From contig NC_043007.1 in NCBI RefSeq assembly GCF_006345805.1, positions 65,348,001-65,412,000 on the forward strand: 64,000 bases of DNA. Reading direction: 5' to 3'. This document shows positions 53,617 through 64,000 of this stretch, one piece after another; positions within the stretch are counted from its first letter, which is position 1, and every line of letters starts with the position of its first letter. Below the pieces are notes generated by a model. The model worked only from the letters and a program-made list of their open reading frames with translations, had not been told where the DNA came from and made no database searches. The DNA is from Octopus sinensis. Lineage: Eukaryota. The position numbers and the translations under genes were made by a program.

Positions 53617-53628
53617 CGTGTGTGTGTA

Positions 53629-53666
<38 letters not shown>

Positions 53667-53667
<1 letters not shown>

Positions 53668-54075
53668 TTTATTATCTTTTATGGGTTTCAGTCGTAGGCT
53701 GAGGCCATGCTGGTGCACCGCCTTTACTGCATCCGGGGATTTTTCCAGTATTGCTTCTGGTGAAGTAGCGAGTTGGACGTTGCCGCTCTTCTTTGTGTCT
53801 CCTGCCACGATGTGGGTTCATCTGGTATTGCAGATAAAAAAACTTTCTAACCGTTTTTGGAAGGCTTCCATATCTACGCCTCGCAGATCCCTGATGTTCT
53901 GCGGGCACAAATTTGAGGTCCCTAGAATCCCAAGCTATTACAATATTGGGTTCGTATCCTCATTGGAGAAGATGGGACCTTTGACACTGTGCGGTGCCGT
54001 CGAGTTCGTGGATTGTTGTAGATTTCGATTCCGAAATTTGGACCTAGACCCTCCATTATTTTCAATATGCATAGC
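53667..54075 (-). mobile_element. 3' end of a CR1/L2-group LINE
   Basis: NIRDLRGVDMEAFQKRLESF / LSAIPDEPTSWQETQRRAATSNSLLHQ with a frameshift in an A7 run, followed by a short 3' tail. Confidence 0.7.
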
Positions 54076-54183
54076 ACTGCATATCTCTACATATAGCTCT
54101 AATTTACAGAAAACAAAAGACGAAAACAGGTAAGAGAAAAACAAGCAGGTGCGTTAGTTTGATGTTCAGGAAGAATGGAAAAA

Positions 54184-54216
<33 letters not shown>

Positions 54217-54336
54217 TATATATTATATATATATTATATATATATATATTATATATATGACAATAATAATAATATGACAACAAAGAATGAATGAGACCTC
54301 GATATTATGTAAATAGAGGAATTCATCTATAAATAT

Positions 54337-54517
54337 AATATGTGACAATTAGTCGGTTGTCATAATAAATCTCAGCGTTTTGGATGTCGAGGCAGAAGTT
54401 TGCTCCGGCTTCTCATCAATTATCATCTTAATAACTGATGTGATGCCGGAGCAGACTTCAGGCTCGGCATCCGAAACTCTGAGTATTATTATGACAACCT
54501 ACTAATTGTCACATATT
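54337..54517. repeat. Imperfect palindrome (89-bp arms, 3-nt spacer); each arm is a hammerhead-like unit
   Basis: Arms 54337-54425 and 54429-54517. Plus arm: TAATAA-CTGATGT-GATGCC..GGCATC-C-GAAA-CTC-T-GAG-TA-TTATTA. Confidence 0.92.
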
Positions 54518-54519
54518 TT

Positions 54520-54937
54520 TAACTCTTTTACTTGTTTCAGTTATTTGACAGTGGCCATGCTGAAGCACCGCCTCCAGTCGAGCAACTCGACCTGAGGACT
54601 TTTTCTTTGTAAGCCTAGTAATTATTCTATCGGTCTCTTTTGCCGAACCGCTAAGTTACGGGGACGTAAACACACCAGCATCGGTTGTCAAGCGATGTTG
54701 TGAGGACAAACACAGACACACAAACAAACACACACACACACATACACACATATATATATACATATATATACACGATGGGCTTCTTTCAGTTTCCGTCTAC
54801 CAAATCCGCTCACAAGGCTTTGGTTGACCCGAGGCTATAGTAGAAGACACTTGTCCAAGTTCCACGCAGTGGGACTGAACCCACCGGAACCATGTAGTTC
54901 GTAAGCAAGCTAACTTACCACACAGCCACTCCTACGC
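54520..54937 (-). mobile_element. Full-length composite tRNA-derived SINE (CORE-like segment, internal TA/TG repeat, LINE-like tail)
   Basis: Head GCGTAGGAGTGGCTGTGTGGTAAG, CORE-like CTTGGACAAGTGTCTTCTACTATAGCCTC, tail CAGCATGGCCACTGTCAAATAACTGAAACAAGTAAAAAGAG; partial copies at 47470-47670, 51775-51930 and 53030-53525. Confidence 0.85.
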
Positions 54938-55013
<76 letters not shown>

Positions 55014-55855
55014 ATTGTTTTTTTATTTTACCTTAGATTCCTCTGGCCTGATATAGTTAATTATCTACCTTCTTAATTGATGCTATTATATATGTGCGCG
55101 CGCCCGTGTGTCTGTCTGTCTGTGAATATATTGAGTGGTTGTCAAACATCCACTGATACTAATTATGCGCCCCATCACACAATATATAACATAATGCGTC
55201 TGTGAATAGAATCAGACTTTCTATGGAGATTGCTTGAAGTTAATGAGAAGGCATGAGAACGAATTGGGTTAGTGAGAATTCAAATTCCTTTAGGCTCTTC
55301 CCAAACCCATTGTACTAGTTATATATTAGCTTTTAATAGTTCAGAAGGCAAAAAATAAGTGTTAATAACGCTCATTACCCTGGGCCTCAGAGACTGGTTG
55401 CCCTGCTCAAATGCTAGTACCAAAGGAGTTTCCGTTAAAACTAGCCATCGACCAAGTGCTGACAATATGAAGTCTACCATTCATCTTGAACAAAATGCAA
55501 ACACCTTATAAATACTATCTTTACAAATATTCTCTGCAGTGTTGTAGCCAACCTTCAATATTGACGTATTGCATGGACAAAGCCTCACTCTTGGGAAGGG
55601 TGTGAATTTGATTTTATCGATCTTTGTTTTTGACCGGTACATAATTTCATTTAATCCACCTCTTCACTTCTGCTTTACTTTCTCGACCCCCAGAAGTTGA
55701 CTAAGAAGCGATTTGAATCCAGAAAATAAAGGCCGTAATTAAATACTTGCAAGGAAGCATCTCGACCGACGTTTTGCTAACCTAGGTTTATCAATGGCAA
55801 ATTTTCTGTATTTTCGCTTCATCTATTTGTTGTCCCTTCTCTGGCTGTCTGTCTG

Positions 55856-55891
<36 letters not shown>

Positions 55892-56199
55892 CTCTTTCAC
55901 ACACACACACCACGCACATGTCACCCATACAGGTTGAAATTCACTGCTCAAATTTAAATATTTCAGGACCTGGCAAATAACAGACAGGGTCAACAGATGT
56001 AGAAAATTAGTTTAATAGAGGATAAATCACTAAGAGTGTGGAGAGTCCAACCGATTAAAATACTGAATAACCACTGCACTGTGTCTGTGCCTAAGACACT
56101 TAATTCTCGAATGTTTAGCAGCAAATAGGCAACGCAAAGTGCGAGCAGATAACTCCTCGTCGCTTTTTGCAACAGTAGCACTATAAAATTTAATATTAG

Positions 56200-56410
56200 T
56201 TTCAAATTTTGGCACAAGGCCAGCAATTTCGGGGGGGAGGGACTAAGTCGATTACAGTGATCCTAGTGTTTGACTCGGACTTATTTTATCGCACTCCGAA
56301 GAACGAAAGGCAAAGTCAGCCTCGGCAGTATTTGAACCCAGAACGTAAAGAAGGATGAAATGCCGCTAAACATTATGCCCGACACGCTAACGATTTTACC
56401 AGCCTTCTGT
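56200..56410 (-). mobile_element. SINE copy (main family)
   Basis: Reverse-complement head and body. Confidence 0.85.
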
Positions 56411-56959
56411 AAAATTTGATATTAAAAAAATGTTTAATTAGTTTGTAGTTTTCAGGTCAAATTCCGCATAGGAAAACTGAATCATGTCCTCTGTCCAATG
56501 AACAACACTCAATCCAAAGATACACAAGGAATACGTAGAATATTCATTCCTCTTATACCATTTAAACAATAAAATCAAATCTGAGTAAGATGTCCAAAAA
56601 CGTATTTCAACCGCAGGTTTCATATTAGAGGGTCTTCTAGACTTTTCCAATATGAGAATACGCCCAAGCCTGTAATGGTTAGAGTTTGATGTTCACTCTT
56701 CTCCAAGTGGTTTTACAGTGTTGCTCACACATACTTACATACATACATACATAAAGTTAATCCAAACAAGAAAGCACAAAAAACACAACAACGCGAGGAC
56801 GTGGAACAAATATAGTATCATTGGACGCTCAGGAAAGAAGGAAAGAAGGAGGGTTTAACGCTTCGAGCGGAGCTCTTCGTCGGAAACATAGGAGAAGGAA
56901 AGATCCAGAGAAGGGAAGACAGAGGGAAAAAAATCACCTACGGTACACACGAGGTCACA

Positions 56960-57006
<47 letters not shown>

Positions 57007-57027
57007 CATACATACATACATACATAG

Positions 57028-57225
57028 GAGTAGTGGTGGAATGTCCCTGTGAAAATCAAAATAGACCCGATATAATGATTTGGGATAGAGAAGAGGAACT
57101 GTGTACAGTTGTAGGAATCAGTTGCCCAGCGGATGTTAACATAAAGCTGAAGATCAGTGGAAAAGAGAATACCTACGCTGAACTATTGAGAAATCTGCAG
57201 TTACTCTATCCAATTTATCAGTTAC
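57028..57225 (+). mobile_element. REL-endonuclease LINE fragment of the (CATA)n-associated family
   Basis: NRPDIMIWDREEELCTVVGISCPADVNIKLKISGKENTYAELLRNLQLLYP, directly after (CATA)n. Confidence 0.8.
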
Positions 57226-57227
57226 GT

Positions 57228-57260
<33 letters not shown>

Positions 57261-57275
57261 CACGCACGCACACCT

Positions 57276-57320
<45 letters not shown>

Positions 57321-57789
57321 ATCTAAAACTGATTCGGCTCCATGCATATGTGTGTGTGTGTGTGTAACCGCTTATTCAGACATTTGTCTGATGATAAGTT
57401 GCATGAAACTACTTGAAGAAAGCTAAGATCTTCAAAATTTAAACATTACAGACTTGGGAGTATCCTTATATTTGAAAAGCCTTGAAGTAATTCTGTATTA
57501 TAAAACTTGCGGTCATCTTACTCTCGTTAACTAGTGGATATTTAAGAGAGGTATATAACTACTTACACGTATACTTGCGAAATATATATATTTTTTTATA
57601 GGCGTATATCACTATACTTCATTAATGTACAGATATTTTATCACCTCATCTTAGTCATTTCTCTTTAGATTAGCTGAAAAGTGGCTGATGTGACGGATGT
57701 CGTCTGTTATGATGTGGCAACCATCATTTGTTTGTGAGAGCTTTTATGGGGTGTAGCTCCTGCTTTAGAAATGTATGTATGTATGTATG

Positions 57790-57823
<34 letters not shown>

Positions 57824-59363
57824 TGTATGTATGCATGTATATATGTATGTATGTATGTGTGTATGTGTGTATGTGTGCATGTATGCATGTATGTATGTAT
57901 GTATGTATGTATGTATGTATGTATGTATGTATGTATGTATGCATATGTTTATATGTATATGCTTCAGTGTAGGGATAAATTTCTGTTTATGTGTTTATAT
58001 GTGGTTGGGTATTTTGACCTTTCTGTAACCGTTGTATTAACTTCTATACTTTTTGCTGTTTGATGAAGGAAACAAATCCGAAACGTTTAATTTTTCACTA
58101 CTATCAGCAAATCCATTTACTGTAATTTACTTATTCATTTTTCAATGAAATTTAGGGTTTGTAATTATTTGCTTGCTTGTATGGAAGTGAGTCTTGGCAC
58201 GTAGGAAGCTGTGTATATGTCTGTATGATCTGTGTTTCTTTGCTTACTTTTCTATGTGTATACGCGTGTGTCTGAACACTTCTATACGTGTTTCTGTATG
58301 TGCATCTGTAAAGATGATTCTTGATACTTGAGTATGTGCGCATGAGTGCGTGTATTCTTGATTGCATGTGCGAGGGAGGAGTAGAACTTTGTCTGGGCAC
58401 ACATGTGTAGGTGTATCGTATACGTGTGTTTATGCTTGTGTCTGTTTGATTGCTTTAGTGCGTGTGCATATATGTGAAGACGTTATTTTCGGCACATGTG
58501 TATGAGTGGGAAACTAAGCCAAGGTTGGCTAAGCAATAAATTTAATGCATCCTCTGGTTTTAGCTCTCCCTCTCACTTTCAGACACACGTATACACACAC
58601 ATGCAGGCACGCGCGCACACACGCACACACACAGACGCACACATGCACACATGCACACAAGCAATCGATCACAAACACATGTATTAAATGCTGCTCAGAC
58701 AGAGACGAACAGATTTACACATACACACACTCAGACACACGCGCACCTACACACACGCATATACAGATACATACACAAGTATACATATATACACCTGCAC
58801 AAATATACACATGTATACAGAGGTGTCCATGCATACATACATACATGCATGCATACATACATATAAACACACATACGTGTGCAAATATACACACACATTC
58901 ACACACACGCATGCCTATTCATTAACACGTAAAAGCATAGAAACACCCATAAATATGTATGCGCGCGTGTGTGTGTGTATGTGTGTGCGTGCGTGCATAT
59001 GTGTGTGTGTGTGTATACAAGATGACCAGCAAAACCAATAACAAATATAATGAAGTAAAACAAAGAGAAAAGTTGGTCGGTTATGCCAGACTTGGTGTAA
59101 CCGGTTGTACATCATTGGAAATAGACATATACCACGTGCCAGCACAAAGACATCCAAATCGGCCATTGCTGTTCCTGTCCCAGCAGACAACAACACAACA
59201 AATGTCACCTCTATAATGTGTGTACATGTGTGCGTGTTTTTATGCGTGTTTGTGCGTATACACGCACATATATATGTTGCTATGTATGTATGGTATGCAT
59301 GTATATATACATACACACCACATATATATATAAATTGTATAAATATGTGTGTATCTATGTGTG

Positions 59364-59403
<40 letters not shown>

Positions 59404-60389
59404 TATATACATAGATGTATTCGTGTGTTTGTACGGTGTGATATTGTCCATACATACATCACATATATGTAATAATCATATTTGTCTGCGTGTTTATGCA
59501 CACACACAAACATATTCTCACACACACACGCACGTACGCGTACATATACGTACTCCTATATACATACGCACACTCATGCACTTACACACACACGCGCACA
59601 CATAGTATTAGTGAGCTGAGTAAAGATGGGTTGTTGTTCTCTGTGTGTGTGTGTGCGTTTGTATGTGTGTGTCTGTGTGCGTATGAGGGTGTGAGTGTGA
59701 GTGAGTGTCTGTGTGTGTTTGTTATACATTAACTTGCATAGCCGAAATTGACGCTGAAGTTGATACCACTCCCAGCTTATAACAAACCAATTATTGTGTG
59801 ATCAAAGATGGCGGCGATCGGACAATTAATATAGTTATAGGAAATAAAAGTACACTGCAATATTTTTAAACAATTCCCTTAACATCCGTCACTCCACCCA
59901 CCTAATCTGCCAACCAGCCAACCAGCCAGCCAGCCAGCCATCTAACCCTCCAGCAATCGAGTCATCAAGCCGTCCAACCACCCAACACTCGATTCAACCA
60001 ATCGTCTAGCCAGCCTCCCCTTCATCCATCTATCGATATGTTTCCAATAAAAGTATAGTTAAAGCCTCCACTGTCAATATCTACAATACCAAGCATACAA
60101 GCTCATTATGCTACACACATAATGTCCATACACATGCACGCACATGTATAGATAAATGGACACATGTATGTGTGTGTATTTTGTATGTGTGCGTGTGCAT
60201 GAAGTACTGGTTGTGTGTGAAAGACTGCTTCGTTGGTAGAACAAAAGAACGATTCTGTTACTGATAAGAAACAACCCTAACTGTGAATCATGAGAAAAAT
60301 AAGGTGATTGTCGTTATTTCTCGGTATATATATTCATGTGTCCATTTGGGTTTGTGTATGTCTGTAGACTTCTTAATGCAGATATTAGT

Positions 60390-60600
60390 TTCAAATTTTG
60401 GCACAAGGCCAGCAATTTCGGGGAGAGGATAAGTTGATTACTTCGACTCCAGTATTCACCTGGTACTAATTTTATCGACCCCGAAAAGATGAAAGGTAAA
60501 GTTGACCTCGGTAGAATTTGAACTCAGAACGTAAAAACTGACGAAATGCTGCTAAGAATTTTGCCCTGCGTACAAACAATTCTACCAGCTCGCCGCCTTT
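60390..60600 (-). mobile_element. SINE copy (main family)
   Basis: Reverse-complement head and body. Confidence 0.88.
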
Positions 60601-61103
60601 TCCGTATTGTGGATATTGACAGTGGCCATGTTGATAATCCCTCTTTTTGCTAGTAGACTACGGGTAAAGAGATGACTGGATTAGCTATATGGCTAGACGA
60701 ATGGATGGCTCGAGTGTTTGAATGACTAAATGACTTGAGTTTTTGAATGACTGGTTGAATGGCTTAGACAGCAAGATAATTCAGTTGGTTGATGGTCGGA
60801 TCGTTGGATTGCTGACGGAATCTATTTGTTGTCAATTGACTACTTGAGCAAAAAATTGTAGTGTTCTGCATCGGCACCCCTTTTGCTGAAACGAGACTGA
60901 AATTTTTGATACGTATAGATTCCCTTTGGATTTTATCACCATTGTTGATGACACAGTCTTCCAATATTTTCCTTCGATTCCAGATTTTACCATATTAAAT
61001 TTCCTCAGCATGGCGCTTTAATTATTCTTTATTTATTGTTTAACCGACACATGCAATGCTGAGGCCGGTTCTCTTAATAAATATGATATCTTACAACATG
61101 TCA

Positions 61104-61185
<82 letters not shown>

Positions 61186-62229
61186 GCGTGGGCGTGTGTG
61201 TTTGTATGTGTTGGTGATTGTTTCACGGGTAGTGGTGAAGGTGAAGAAGATGGTGTCTGGAGATGCTGGTGAAGGTTGTGATGGAGAAATGTTGGCTGGA
61301 GTTTTAAATAAATGGTGGGAATGCTGGTGGAGATAGAGTGATATTTTGGTGATAGTGGAGGTGGTGTAAGACTATGTTTGTGACGGTATAGACAGATAAG
61401 ATGGTGATGATGTTGACGGCTGTGAGAAGGATGAGGTAATGGACTCGGGGGATTTTTAAATACGCGGTGGTGCTACAGGGGAGGAGATGCTGAGTGTGTT
61501 AACTTTGGTGGTGAACGTGAAGATGACAGAAGAGGATGTGAAGACGAAGGCAGCGTAATAAAGAAAAGGCGGTGACTGTGGAGGTGGTAGTCGTGGTGGT
61601 GGCCGTGGCGGTGGCGTCAGCGGCGGCGGCGGCGGCGGTGGGGGTGCCTGAAGTTGTAACGTAGGAAAAGAGTATAAAAACCATGTGGGTGAAGATACGA
61701 GCAGGGATTGTGGTGACAGGTGTCGGAGGGTACTAAGGCCCATGACGTTGCTTGTATTTTTTAATATTTTTTGAGCCAACATTTCCCATCCTGTTACAAT
61801 ATGATCGACTTTTTCCGTTCTGTGATTACACAGAATGCACTTGTCCGTTGAAGCAGTGGAATTTATCCTTAATCACTGAATAAGTATTTGGCTTGGTCTT
61901 GAAAAGCTCCGAACAAACTTCCATTTTTCTTTTTAAATCTCTACTCTGGAGTTATTCACACGATGAATCATGAGTTTTTACATTCTTGGTGTCATTGTGG
62001 AACTGTCCATGTAACTGCATATCATCTATCTATCACATCCTTTTTTTGGAGTGAGTCACTTAAGTGAGGTCATAACGGGACCCGAACTCAGGTCGTAAAT
62101 AACCAGAAAATATATCACAAGGCTCCATCGCTCTAGCAGTGTTAGCCCTTCATGTGTTCATGTTAGGCTGATAGTTATACATATAGGATGAAAGACAACG
62201 TTGACCTCTGATTGCAAAAACGGGAATTG

Positions 62230-62690
62230 ATAATCCTTTCATCTATAGGCACCAAGCCTGAAATTTCGTGGAGAGTGAGTTAGTCGATTACATCGAACCT
62301 AGTAATCAGCTAGTACTTATTTTATTGACCCCGAAACGATGAAAAACAAAGTGGACCTCGGCGGAATTTCAACTCAACGTAAAGACAGACGAACTGCTGA
62401 TGAGTATTTTGTCCAGTGTGCTAACGAATCTTCTAGGTCACCGCCTTAAGGCTGGAATAATACTGATTTCTGATTTAGACACTGATTTAGCCAGCAGTTT
62501 TGAGAGAAAGAGTAAGTCGCTACCGTTAATTCCAGCACTTAACTGGTGCTTTATTTTATTGAATCCGAAGGGATGAAAAGTAAAGTTGACCTTGGCGGGA
62601 TTTGAACCCAGAACGTAAGGAGCCGGGGGAAAAATACCACTAAACATTCCGTGCGTTGTTCTAAAGATTCTGCGTATTTGCAGCCTTTTG
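62230..62690 (-). mobile_element. Two head-to-tail SINE copies
   Basis: Reverse-complement bodies at about 62230-62450 and 62470-62690. Confidence 0.82.
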
Positions 62691-62870
62691 AACATTATTG
62701 ATAAGTTAATCAGAAATAGATCATTTGGCTTAAGTAAATATTTACAGAAGCCACATCTTGCTATAACGACGCACTTGCTATGAGAGCTTTTAACGATGAA
62801 AAACATAAATGCTTAATATTGAACATACTATTAATTGCATATCGCCACTGCTATATATATATATATATAT

Positions 62871-62912
<42 letters not shown>

Positions 62913-62936
62913 TAGATACATATACATACATACATA

Positions 62937-63003
<67 letters not shown>

Positions 63004-64000
63004 CACATATTGGCCTGCTCGTTTAGCCAGCGGGGTGGGGCGTCATTTGAAGGCTAAAACATTGTGACCAACGATGTATAGCAATATCCGCTATACACAT
63101 ATATAAATTGAGAAAGAAATGTCAGTTATTTAACCACCCACTATCTAGAGTCTTCTGTAACGTATTTAAAAACACTTTTATCCACGTTACGTGTGTCCTA
63201 AAATATTTAGCAAGTACTCTATTAAAGTATTTTTTTATATACAACTAATTGTTCACTAATCTCCCTCTAATTTAACGTGCACACGCTTAGATCACTCAAA
63301 CATCTTGATATTATCCCTAATCTTGATCCTAACATTAATTTCAATTCCATTAACACTAACTTATGATATAGTTTTTTCAAAATAATGTAAAAATTCGGAA
63401 TTCCTCACATACCTACATCGCTCTTACCGCAACTCCTTTTAAGTTGCGCTTTAATAATCATACTCATTAAAAATATCAATCTTAATAGCTATAATGTAAT
63501 TTCGTTATCTCGTTTCATATGTGAATTAAATAAAAAAAGAAATTAGTTTGCGATCTACAATGGAACATCTCTTAGAGGTATATACAAATTAATAAAGATA
63601 TATTATTCGCAAAAGGATATATCCTCACCAAACACAAGTGAAGGATTTCTTTTTGTACATAAAGGTTTCAAAGCACATTACTGTTATAAACCATATCCCA
63701 TTCCGATAGGTAATTCTTGTGTGTAGTTAAAAATTGTCACTCACTTCATACTAATTTTTTCCCTCGAATACATCTTTTCATACTATATCTACTTCTGGCT
63801 TCAGCAAAACTTAGCTATTGTGCATTCTTTACTTCCTTACTCTTACAAATAACTATCTTGACCCTACTGACTCTTCAATTGGTAACAATTTTTAAAATAA
63901 ACCTTCCAGCTAAAATCCCTAATTCGAAACTTAACCAACTTCCAACCAATTTTCTCAATTAGTTGCACACATATACAGTTGGCATATTTCCATGTACACC

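Noticed and set aside
53333-54133. 266-aa plus-strand ORF
   Set aside because: It is a patchwork of SINE, microsatellite and the antisense strand of a LINE 3' end.
59805-59815. YY1-like / start-context motif AAGATGGCGGC with upstream CCAAT
   Set aside because: The ORF stops after 8 codons, there is no CpG island, and a single motif is expected by chance.
61456-61782. Proline-rich (minus) or glycine-rich (plus) ORF
   Set aside because: It derives from a GGT/GGC low-complexity tract, with flanking stops and no splice support.

Overview
AT-rich, microsatellite-dense eukaryotic DNA. The repeat content looks like a coleoid cephalopod, probably Octopus (inference). Most ORFs in the supplied track are translations of simple repeats. 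The window is dominated by retroelements: (i) two sister Tx1/L1-clade LINE families, with a near full-length copy at 18.8-23.6 kb, a 3' fragment of the same family at 8.0-8.7 kb and a sister-family copy at 1.07-2.94 kb; (ii) many decayed R4/Dong-like LINEs with a restriction-like endonuclease, plus a second such family tied to (CATA)n; (iii) a CR1/L2-like LINE 3' end; (iv) dozens of tRNA-derived SINEs of at least three families, often in head-to-tail arrays; (v) Penelope-like terminal fragments with hammerhead-ribozyme-like cores, several folded back into long palindromes; (vi) hAT and mariner MITEs and a non-autonomous Helitron. A chain of phase-compatible minus-strand exons (5.6-36.8 kb) suggests an unidentified host gene with long introns. 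Main signals: each retroelement family sits in its own microsatellite type, and one SINE subfamily carries the Tx1 3' tail and recurs at one fixed position inside the SINE head, giving dimers and a trimer. Repeat boundaries are approximate. All family assignments come from motif recognition, not database searches.
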